Below, one piece after another: positions 29,690 through 37,359 of a DNA stretch of 64,000 nucleotides. A program made the position numbers and the translations under genes. Within the stretch, counting starts at the first letter, position 1; every line of letters begins with the position of its first letter. The notes below the pieces were generated by a model that saw only the letters and a list, made by a program, of their open reading frames with translations, made no database searches and had not been told where the DNA came from. The DNA lies in NCBI GenBank assembly GCA_963779505.1, contig CAVZYK010000017.1, forward strand, positions 108,896-172,895. Reading direction: 5' to 3'. The stretch comes from an uncultured Actinomycetes bacterium (GTDB taxonomy: Bacteria; Actinomycetota; Thermoleophilia; Gaiellales; Gaiellaceae).

Positions 29690-30443
29690 GGCGCTCTTCT
29701 GGCCGGCGCTGCTGGCCTACGGTGAGGCGGCGTTCGCCTACGCATGGCCCCGGAGCTCACGCGCGGCGACGTGGGGTGTTCGGATCGGCTGGCTCGCGCA
29801 GACGGCGCTGCTCATCGTGCAGGCCGCTCGCACCGACGGCTTCCCGTGGTCGACGTGGGCCGGCTCGCTCAACCTCTTCGTCTGGCTCGTCGTCGGCGCC
29901 TACCTGATCTGGGGCTGCCGCCCGCGCTTCCGGCTGCTCGGTCTGGCGGTGATGCCGCTGGCGGCGGTTCTCTTCATCGTCGCGCGGGTCGGCGGCGGCA
30001 CCGGCGCCGGTGAGAGCTCCGACTACGGCAATCTCTTCCTCGTGCTGCACGTCGGTCTCGTGCTCGCCGCGTTCGCCGGCTTCACGCTCGCTGCGGGTCT
30101 CGCCGGGCTCTACCTCTGGCAGGAGTCGCGGCTGAAGCGGCGCGCTGCGGACATCCTGCGCCTGCGCCTGCCGCCGCTCGCGTCGCTCGAGCGCCTGACG
30201 TGGCGCACGATCGCCGTCTCGCTGCCGCTCCTGACACTCGGCCTGGCCGCCGGCGTCATCCGCCAGCGCCGCGACGGCGGCTCCCTCGACGCACTCGAGG
30301 TGGTGACGCTCCTGACCTGGCTCGTCTACTCGGCGTTCCTCGTCTCGCGGCCGTCCGGCCGGCGCGCCGCGTACCTCGCCCTCGGCGGCTTCGTGCTCGT
30401 GATCGTCGCGCGGCTCGCACTCGCGGGGAGCCACTTCACGTGA
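29682..30443 (+). CDS. cytochrome c assembly family membrane protein (HemX/CcsA-like, without a Trp-rich WWD motif)
   Basis: 8 TM helices and the motif LYLWQESRLKRR..LPPLASLERL, typical of HemX-type proteins found next to hemA. Confidence 0.7.
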   Translation: MVEALFWPALLAYGEAAFAYAWPRSSRAATWGVRIGWLAQTALLIVQAARTDGFPWSTWAGSLNLFVWLVVGAYLIWGCRPRFRLLGLAVMPLAAVLFIVARVGGGTGAGESSDYGNLFLVLHVGLVLAAFAGFTLAAGLAGLYLWQESRLKRRAADILRLRLPPLASLERLTWRTIAVSLPLLTLGLAAGVIRQRRDGGSLDALEVVTLLTWLVYSAFLVSRPSGRRAAYLALGGFVLVIVARLALAGSHFT

Positions 30444-31639
30444 CGCTCGCGCTCGTCGGCCTGTCGCATCACGTCGCACCCGTCGAGCTGCGCGAGCGGG
30501 TGACGCTCGACCTGCCACGCGCCGCCGCGCTTGCGCGCGAGCTGGGCGACGCCGTCTGTCTCTCGACCTGCAACCGCACCGAGCTGTACATCGTCGGCGA
30601 CGACGAGGCGGCCGCGGTCGCGGCGCTCGAGCAGCTCGCCGGTGAGTCGCTCGACGGCACGCTCTACCACCTGCACGAGGAGGCGGCTGCGCTGCATCTC
30701 TTCCGCGTCGCCGCGGGCCTCGACTCGCTCGTGCCCGGCGAGGGGGAGATCCTCGGCCAGGTGCGCGCCGCGTACGAGGTCGCGTCGCCGGGGCCGCTGC
30801 TCGATCGTGTCTTCCGCCAGGCGCTCGCCGTCGGCAAGCGCGTGCGCACCGAGACGGCGATCGGCGAGAGCCCCGCGTCGGTCTCCTCTGCGGCAGCGGC
30901 GCTCGCGGCACAGGTGTTCGGCGAGCTCGGCGGGAGGCGCGTGCTCCTGATCGGCGCCGGCCGGATCGGAGAGCTCGCCGCGTCGAACCTCTCCTCCCGC
31001 GGCGCCGAGATCGCGTTCGTCGCCAACCGGTCGCCCGACGCGGCTCGCTCGCTCGCGGCGCGCTTCGGCGGCGAGGCGCTCGCGCTCGACGAGATCGGTG
31101 CGCGGCTCGCGGAGGTCGACGTGGTCGTCTCGTCGACGAGCGCGCCGGAGCAGGTCGTGCGCGCAGCCGACGTGCCCGCTCGTCACCGCAATCCACTCTT
31201 CTTCATCGACATCGCCGTGCCGCGCGACCTCGATCCTGCGATCGGCAGCCTCGACGGCTGCTTCCTCTACGACATCGACGATCTCGAAGCCGTCGTGGCC
31301 GAGACGCTCGCAGGGCGGCGCGCCGAGGCTGCGCGTGCGGAGCAGCTCGTCGCCGAGGAGTCGGTGCGCTTCCGCTCCTGGCGCGCGTCCCTCGACGTCG
31401 TGCCTGCGATCGCATCGCTGCGCGCGCGGGCCGAAGAGATCCGCAGCGCCGAGCTCGCCAAGGTCGAGGGCCGCGTCAGCGACGACGAGCGGCGTACGCT
31501 CGAGTCGGTGACGACGCAGATCCTGAACAAGCTGCTGCACCTGCCGACGGTGCGCATGAAGGAGGCCGCGGTCAGCGCCGACGGCGTGGCGTACGCCGAC
31601 GCGGTGCGGCATCTCTTCGGGCTCGAGGACGAGCGTTGA
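30440..31639 (+). CDS. hemA: glutamyl-tRNA reductase
   Basis: LALVGLSHHVAPVELRE..LSTCNRTELY..GEGEILGQV..LLIGAGRIGE. GTG 30440 overlaps the upstream stop. Confidence 0.93.
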   Translation: MTLALVGLSHHVAPVELRERVTLDLPRAAALARELGDAVCLSTCNRTELYIVGDDEAAAVAALEQLAGESLDGTLYHLHEEAAALHLFRVAAGLDSLVPGEGEILGQVRAAYEVASPGPLLDRVFRQALAVGKRVRTETAIGESPASVSSAAAALAAQVFGELGGRRVLLIGAGRIGELAASNLSSRGAEIAFVANRSPDAARSLAARFGGEALALDEIGARLAEVDVVVSSTSAPEQVVRAADVPARHRNPLFFIDIAVPRDLDPAIGSLDGCFLYDIDDLEAVVAETLAGRRAEAARAEQLVAEESVRFRSWRASLDVVPAIASLRARAEEIRSAELAKVEGRVSDDERRTLESVTTQILNKLLHLPTVRMKEAAVSADGVAYADAVRHLFGLEDER

Positions 31640-31756
31640 ACGACGACAACCGCCGCATCGAGCGCCCGCTGCCGGTCGTCGCGCCGTCGGCGTTCCTGCG
31701 GGTGAAGCTCGGTCAGCCGACCTGTGCCCGCAGCAAGCGGGGAGGGAGGTCGACCT

Positions 31757-32611
31757 GTGCTCCTCCGTATCGGGTCTCGCGGCTCTAGGCTCGCACTGAC
31801 CCAGGCCGAGCAGGCCGCCGCGCTGCTGCGGCGCCCCGGCGTGGAGATCGCGTTCGTCCCGATCACGACCGCGGGCGACCGTGACCGGAAGCAGCCGTTC
31901 GGCCAGATCGGCGCGCGCGGCGTCTTCGTCAAGGAGATCGAGGAGGCGTTGCTCGCGGGGCGCATCGACGTCGCGGTGCATTCGGCCAAGGACATGACGT
32001 CGAGCGACACCGACGGTCTCGTCGTCGGGGCCTACCTGCAGCGCGACGACCCGCGCGATGCGCTGATCGGCGCCGCGGAGATTCGTCCCGGCATGCGCAT
32101 CGGCACCGCCTCCGCCCGCCGGCGGGCGCAGCTCCTGGCGCTCGAGCCGACGCTGTCGATCGAGCCGTTGCGAGGAAACGTCGACACGCGCCTCCGCAAG
32201 CTGCGCGAGCGCGGGCTGGATGCGATCGTGCTCGCGGCCTGCGGGCTCGACCGGCTCGGTCTGCAGGACGAGATCGGTGCGCGGCTCGATCCGGCCGTGA
32301 TGCTGCCGGAGGCGGCCCAGGGCGCGCTCGCGCTGCAGGTGCGCGCGGGCGAGGAGGAGCGCGTGGCGGAGGCGGACGATGCCGAGACGCGACGCCGCGT
32401 CGAGCCGGAGCGCCGGTGTGTCGCGACGATCGGAGCCGGGTGCCTGGCACCGGTCGCCGCGCATCACGACGGGTCGGTCTTGCAGGCATTGATCGCGGCC
32501 GACGACGGCGGCTGGCTCGAGCGGCGCAGCGGCGAGGATCCCGAGGCGCTGGCGCAGGAGCTGATCGAGCTCGCCGCGAGCCACGACGGGGCCGGCGCGC
32601 CGTGCGCGTGA
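31757..32611 (+). CDS. hemC: hydroxymethylbilane synthase (porphobilinogen deaminase)
   Basis: LRIGSRGSRLALTQA..ITTAGD..GVFVKEIEEALL.GRIDVAVHSAKD..RGNVDTRLRKL. SD GGGGAGGGAGG precedes GTG 31757. Confidence 0.92.
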   Translation: MLLRIGSRGSRLALTQAEQAAALLRRPGVEIAFVPITTAGDRDRKQPFGQIGARGVFVKEIEEALLAGRIDVAVHSAKDMTSSDTDGLVVGAYLQRDDPRDALIGAAEIRPGMRIGTASARRRAQLLALEPTLSIEPLRGNVDTRLRKLRERGLDAIVLAACGLDRLGLQDEIGARLDPAVMLPEAAQGALALQVRAGEEERVAEADDAETRRRVEPERRCVATIGAGCLAPVAAHHDGSVLQALIAADDGGWLERRSGEDPEALAQELIELAASHDGAGAPCA

Positions 32612-33243
32612 TCGTGACGCGGCCGCGGGCGCAGGCCGGGCCGCTGGTCGCGCGACTCGAGCAGCTCGGCGCCGAGGTCGTCGAGTGCCCCTTGATCGAG
32701 ATCGAGCGCACCTCCGACGAGCCGGTCGACGGGGCCGGCTATGACTGGCTCGTCGTCACGAGCCCGAACGGCGCCGACGAGATCGCTCGCCGCGGGCGCA
32801 ACCTGCCACCGGTCGCTGCGGTCGGGCCGGGCACCGCCGAGGCGCTGCGCGCGCACGGCATCGAACCGGCGTTCGTCCCCGTCGAGTCGTCGCAGGACGG
32901 CTTGCTGCGCGAGTTCCCGCGGCCGCCGGGCCGGGTGCTGTTCGCCGCAGCCGAGGGCGCACGCCGTGCCCCCATCGACGCCCTGGGCGCCGATTTCGTC
33001 CCGCTCTACCGCACGCGGCTGCTGACGCCGGTTCCGCCCGACGGCGACGTCGTCGTGCTCGCATCCGGGTCGGCCGCCCGGGCGTACGCCGCCCTCGGCG
33101 GAGCAGCCCCCGCCGCCACGATCGGCCCCGAGACGTCACGCGTCGCTCGCAGCGTCGGGCTGACGGTCGCCGGCGAGGCTGCGTCGCACGACCTCGACGG
33201 GCTCGTCGCGGCGGTCGCGAATCTGATGGACTCGCAGAGATGA
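32602..33243 (+). CDS. hemD: uroporphyrinogen-III synthase
   Basis: VIVTRPRAQAGPLVARLEQLGAEVVECPLIEI..YDWLVVTSPNGA..AVGPGTAEAL, in the expected position after hemC. Confidence 0.8.
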   Translation: MRVIVTRPRAQAGPLVARLEQLGAEVVECPLIEIERTSDEPVDGAGYDWLVVTSPNGADEIARRGRNLPPVAAVGPGTAEALRAHGIEPAFVPVESSQDGLLREFPRPPGRVLFAAAEGARRAPIDALGADFVPLYRTRLLTPVPPDGDVVVLASGSAARAYAALGGAAPAATIGPETSRVARSVGLTVAGEAASHDLDGLVAAVANLMDSQR

Positions 33244-34040
33244 CTGTCATCACCTTCCTGACGGACTTCGGCCTGCAGGACGACTTCGTCGGTACCTGCC
33301 ACGGGGTGATCGCGCGCATCGCGCCGGACGCGCGCGTGATCGACATCACGCACGGAATCGAGCCCCAGTCGGTGCTCCAGGGCGCGCTCGTGCTGCGCAA
33401 CACGACCGTCTACATGCCGGCCGGCGTGCACCTTGCGGTCGTCGACCCGGGCGTCGGCGGCGAACGCCGCGCAATCGCCGTGCGCACGGTCGACGGGCGC
33501 GTGTTCGTCGGCCCCGACAACGGCCTCCTGATCCTCGCCGCCGAGCAGTTCGAGATCGACGTCGCGCACGAGCTCGTCGACGAGCGCTACCGCCTGCCCG
33601 ACGTCTCGCGCACCTTTCACGCACGCGACATCTTCGCGCCGGCGGCTGCGCATCTCGCTGCCGGTGTGCCGATCGCGGAGCTCGGGCCGTCGCTCGAGCC
33701 GTCGGAGCTCGTGCGCGTCGACGTGCCGGACCCGCAGGTCGGCAGGACGCAGATCTCGGCGACGGTGCTCGCGGTCGATCGCTTCGGCAACGTCGCGACG
33801 AACGCCCGACGCCGGCACCTCGACGGGCTCGGCGTGTCCGACGGCGACCGCGTCGAGATTCGCCTCACGCTCGACCGCTACTACGCCGTCGTCGCCGGGA
33901 CGTTCGCGGACGCACCGCCCGGCGAGCTGATCGTCTACGAGGACTCGTACGGTCTCGTCACGCTCGCGATCAGCCGCGGCGACGCCGCCAGGCTGACCGG
34001 AGTCGGGCTCGGCGACGAGCTGCGCATCGCCGTCGGATGA
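33240..34040 (+). CDS. SAM hydrolase / SAM hydroxide adenosyltransferase family protein (DUF62)
   Basis: ITFLTDFGLQDDFVGTCHGVI..VIDITHGI..HLAVVDPGVGGERR..VGPDNGLL..TFHARDIFAP. Confidence 0.85.
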   Translation: MTVITFLTDFGLQDDFVGTCHGVIARIAPDARVIDITHGIEPQSVLQGALVLRNTTVYMPAGVHLAVVDPGVGGERRAIAVRTVDGRVFVGPDNGLLILAAEQFEIDVAHELVDERYRLPDVSRTFHARDIFAPAAAHLAAGVPIAELGPSLEPSELVRVDVPDPQVGRTQISATVLAVDRFGNVATNARRRHLDGLGVSDGDRVEIRLTLDRYYAVVAGTFADAPPGELIVYEDSYGLVTLAISRGDAARLTGVGLGDELRIAVG

Positions 34041-34651
34041 CCGGCGGCCAGCGCCTGATGCGGATGATCACGGACGTGGTCGTGCGCAGGCCGTGGCTGT
34101 GGCGGCTGACCCGGCCGGTCGTCGTCAGGAACTTCGACCGGCTCGCGCCCGAGTGGGATGCGTTGCGCGTCGACGAGACGAGGCTGCGACCGATCGACGC
34201 CGCGCTCGCCGCCGTGCCGGCAGTGCCCGCGCGCGTGCTCGATCTGGGCACGGGCAGCGGCGCCGTCGCGCGCCTCGCCGCGGCGCGCTGGCCCGATGCG
34301 GAGGTGACAGGCGCCGACGTGTCGCCGCAGATGATCGAGGACGCGCGCCGCCGCGCGACGTCCGAGCGCGAGCGGTACGAGGTCGCCGACGCATCGGAGC
34401 TGCCGTTCGCTGACGGAGCGTTCGAGCTCGTCGCCCTGAACAACATGATCCCGTTCTTCGACGAGCTCGTCCGCGTCGTCGCGCCCGGCGGGCACGTCGC
34501 GATCGCCTACAGCATGGGCGATCGCACGCCGATCTACGTGCCGCTGCCGCGTGTCCGAGCCGAGCTCGAGCGGCGCGGCCTCGTCGTGCTCCTGGAGCAG
34601 GCGACCGGGCCCGGCCTGTCGCTGCTTGCCGAGCGCCCGAAAACGGCGTAG
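34037..34651 (+). CDS. class I SAM-dependent methyltransferase
   Basis: VLDLGTGSGAVARL (motif I) and ..FELVALNNMIPFF..APGGHVAI. Confidence 0.8.
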   Translation: MTGGQRLMRMITDVVVRRPWLWRLTRPVVVRNFDRLAPEWDALRVDETRLRPIDAALAAVPAVPARVLDLGTGSGAVARLAAARWPDAEVTGADVSPQMIEDARRRATSERERYEVADASELPFADGAFELVALNNMIPFFDELVRVVAPGGHVAIAYSMGDRTPIYVPLPRVRAELERRGLVVLLEQATGPGLSLLAERPKTA

Positions 34652-34710
34652 GGTCGCTGGACAGGGACGTTCGCGACGCGGTCACTCCGGTCCGGACGTC
34701 TCTTTTCGTG

Positions 34711-34720
34711 CGGCTACACT
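34711..34720 (+). promoter_or_regulatory. candidate -10 region CGGCTACACT for tRNA-Phe (and possibly ahcY)
   Basis: TACACT at 34715-34720, 15 nt before the tRNA 5' end. It is the same 10-mer as upstream of tRNA-Ile. Confidence 0.4.
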
Positions 34721-34735
34721 CACCCCGCACACCAG

Positions 34736-34808
34736 GGCGAGGTAGCTCAGTTGGTAGAGCACACGGCTGAAAACCGTGGTGTCGCCGGTTCAAGTCCGGC
34801 CCTCGCCA
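34736..34808 (+). tRNA. tRNA-Phe (anticodon GAA)
   Basis: GGCGAGG TA GCTC AGTTGGTA GAGC A CACGG CTGAAAA CCGTG GTGTC GCCGG TTCAAGT CCGGC CCTCGCC A. CCA is not encoded. Confidence 0.95.
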
Positions 34809-34812
34809 CTCG

Positions 34813-36048
34813 TTGACCCGCATTGCTGATCCGTCGCTCGCACCGGAGGGGCACCGGCGCATCGAGTGGGCGCGGCAGCACATGCCCGTCCTGCACCGGC
34901 TGCTCGCAGACCGTCTGGCCGACGGTGCGCTGCGCGGCCGCAAGCTCGCGGTCGTCGTGCACCTGGAAGCGAAGACCGCGTGCCTCGTGCTCGCGCTGCG
35001 CGAGGCGGGTGCCGAGGTGGTCGCGGCCGGCAGCAACCCGCTCTCGACCCAGGATGCGGTCTGTGCGGCGCTCGTCGAGCGCGGCGTCGAGGTGCATGCG
35101 CGGCACGGCGTCTCCGCGGACGAGTTCACCGCGGATCTGCTGGCGGTCGCCGCGACCGGCCCGGAGCTCGTGATCGACGACGGGCTCGAGCTGACGCGCA
35201 GGATGGCCGAGCACGAGCCCGACCTGTATGCGCGGCTGCGCGGTGTCAGCGAGGAGACGACGACGGGTGTCGCGCGACTGCGTGCGCTCGCCGCCGACGG
35301 CAAGCTCAGCTTCCCGGCGATCGCCGCGAACGACGCTCGCTGCAAGCACATGTTCGACAACCCGTACGGCACGGGCCAGACCACGCTGACGGCGATCCTC
35401 GCGTTGACGAACGTGCTCGCGGCCGGCCGCGAGTTCTGCGTGGTCGGCTACGGCTGGGTCGGCAAGGGCGTCGCCCGCGCGGCGGACGGGCTCGGCGGCC
35501 GCGTGACCGTGGTCGAGATCGATCCCGTGCGTGCGCTGACCGCGCACATGGACGGCTTTCGCGTCGCACCGCTCGCCCGAGCACTCCCCGACGCGGATGT
35601 GGTCGTGACGGCGACGGGCCTGATCGAGGCGGTGCCCGGCGACGCGCTCGGTCTGCTGAAGGACGGCGTCGTGCTCGCGAACGCGGGTCACCACGACCGC
35701 GAGATCGACGTCGCGGCGCTCGCGCGCGCGGCGGACGAGACGATCGACGCGCGTCCGGGCGTCCGCACCTACGTCACGGACGGCAAGCGCGCGCACGTGC
35801 TCGTCGACGGCGCGCTCGTGAACATCGCGGGGCTCGACGGCAACCCGGTCGAGATCATGGATCTCTCGTTCTCGGTGCAGGCGCTCTCAGCGCACCTGCT
35901 CGCCTCCGGGCAGCTTGCGCCGGGGCTGACGTCGTTCCCTGCCGAGCTCGACGACCTGATCGCACGCACGAAGCTCGCGACGCTCGGGATCGAGCTCGAC
36001 GACGCTTCCGAGGCGCAGACGCGGTTCCGCGCTACGTGGGCCGTCTAG
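34813..36048 (+). CDS. ahcY: adenosylhomocysteinase
   Basis: IADPSLAPEGHRRIEWARQHMPVL..GSNPLSTQD..DDG.EL..VSEETTTGV..AANDARCKHMFDNPYGTGQ..VVGYGWVGKG. The only in-frame start upstream of the conserved N-terminus is TTG 34813. Confidence 0.92.
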   Translation: MTRIADPSLAPEGHRRIEWARQHMPVLHRLLADRLADGALRGRKLAVVVHLEAKTACLVLALREAGAEVVAAGSNPLSTQDAVCAALVERGVEVHARHGVSADEFTADLLAVAATGPELVIDDGLELTRRMAEHEPDLYARLRGVSEETTTGVARLRALAADGKLSFPAIAANDARCKHMFDNPYGTGQTTLTAILALTNVLAAGREFCVVGYGWVGKGVARAADGLGGRVTVVEIDPVRALTAHMDGFRVAPLARALPDADVVVTATGLIEAVPGDALGLLKDGVVLANAGHHDREIDVAALARAADETIDARPGVRTYVTDGKRAHVLVDGALVNIAGLDGNPVEIMDLSFSVQALSAHLLASGQLAPGLTSFPAELDDLIARTKLATLGIELDDASEAQTRFRATWAV

Positions 36049-36412
36049 CGGCCGCGAGGCGGTCGACGAGCCCGCGCGCCAGCTCGTGCTTCTCGAGCAC
36101 CGCGTCCGCGCCCGCCTCGGCGGCGGCGCGGTGCAGCGACGCGTCCGAGTCGCCCGTCAGCACGATCAGGCAGAGGCTCGGGTTGTCGCGGCGCAGGCGC
36201 GAGACGGCGGTGACACCGTCGAGCAGCGGCATGTGCAGGTCGATGACGGCGGCCTCGATCTCGAGCGAAGCCGCGAGCTCGATCGCCTCGAGGCCGTTCT
36301 CGGCGGCCGCCACCACCATCAGCTCGGGCTGACGGTCGATCAGTGCCTTCAGCGAGGCGAGGAAGAGCTTGTCGTCGTCGGCGAGGAGCACCCTGATCGG
36401 AGCAGCAGTCAT
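36032..36412 (-). CDS. single-domain response regulator (CheY-like receiver)
   Basis: IRVLLADDD..AAVIDLHMPLLDG..LIVLTG, with no output domain. Confidence 0.85.
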   Translation of the reverse strand: MTAAPIRVLLADDDKLFLASLKALIDRQPELMVVAAAENGLEAIELAASLEIEAAVIDLHMPLLDGVTAVSRLRRDNPSLCLIVLTGDSDASLHRAAAEAGADAVLEKHELARGLVDRLAAARRPT

Positions 36413-36435
36413 AGTGCTGGCGTACCCTTTTCCGC

Positions 36436-37356
36436 GTGAACATGCAAGAAACCCCGGCCGAGCGGCGTGGAGCGCCCGTGGCCGTGATCGGCGCCCCGCT
36501 CGATCTCGGGCAGGGCCGCCGCGGTGTCGACATGGGGCCGTCGGCGATTCGCTACGCCGAGCTCGACGTGCGCATCCGCGCGCTCGGCCGGGCGGTCTAC
36601 GACTGGGGCGACGTCCGCTCCGCCGTGCCGGAGGCGACCGACGAGGGCGCCGCGAACGCCCGCTACCTCGGGCCGATCAAGCAGGCGTGCGAGCGGATCG
36701 CCGCGCTCGTCGAGGAAGCGGTGGGCCAGGAGTTCCTGCCGCTCGTGCTCGGCGGTGACCACTCGATCGCGATGGGCACCCTCGGCGGGATGGCGAAGGC
36801 GCGCGGCCCGGGCGCAGCGCTCTGGATCGACGCCCACGGCGACCTGAACCGGCCGAGCACCTCGCCGACCGGCAACGTGCACGGCATGCCGCTCGCCGCC
36901 GCGTTCGGCGCAGGCGGTGACGTCTTCCACAGCGACCTCTACCCGACGCCGTCGGTGACGCGCGCGGCGCTCGTCGGCATCCGCTCGCTCGACCCCGGCG
37001 AGCGCGAGCTGATCAAGGAGCTCGACGTGCGCGTCTACACGATGAGCGAGATCGACCGGCTCGGCGTCGAGCGTGTGCTGCGCGACGCGCTCACGTTCCT
37101 CGCGGGCGCGCCGTTCCTGCACGTCAGCCTCGACCTCGACGCGGTCGACCCGATGTTCGCGCCGGGTGTCGGCACACCGGTCAGCGGCGGTCTCTCCTAC
37201 CGCGAGGCGCACCTCGCGCTCGAGATCGTTGCCGAGTCCGGGCTGCTCGACTCGCTCGACGTCGTCGAGGTGAACCCGATTCTCGACCGCGCCAACGCGA
37301 CGGCGACGCTCGCCGTCGAGCTCGTCGCGAGCGCGCTCGGCGCCCGCATCCTCTAG
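36436..37356 (+). CDS. rocF: arginase (ureohydrolase family)
   Basis: GAPLDLGQGRRGVDMGPSAIR..GGDHSIA..WIDAHGDLN..SPTGNVHGMPLA..SLDLDAVDP..GVGTPVSGGLSYREAH. The start is GTG 36436 or ATG 36442. Confidence 0.88.
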   Translation: MNMQETPAERRGAPVAVIGAPLDLGQGRRGVDMGPSAIRYAELDVRIRALGRAVYDWGDVRSAVPEATDEGAANARYLGPIKQACERIAALVEEAVGQEFLPLVLGGDHSIAMGTLGGMAKARGPGAALWIDAHGDLNRPSTSPTGNVHGMPLAAAFGAGGDVFHSDLYPTPSVTRAALVGIRSLDPGERELIKELDVRVYTMSEIDRLGVERVLRDALTFLAGAPFLHVSLDLDAVDPMFAPGVGTPVSGGLSYREAHLALEIVAESGLLDSLDVVEVNPILDRANATATLAVELVASALGARIL

Positions 37357-37359
37357 ACG

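Noticed and set aside
31640-31756. 117-nt gap between hemA and hemC as a hidden small gene or RNA
   Set aside because: The only feature is a ~50-codon TTG-initiated frame with no SD or motif. The gap holds no hairpin or conserved-looking structure. Its 3' end is simply the strong SD for hemC.
34809-34812. SAH riboswitch upstream of ahcY
   Set aside because: Only 4 nt separate the tRNA from the start codon, so there is no room for a riboswitch.
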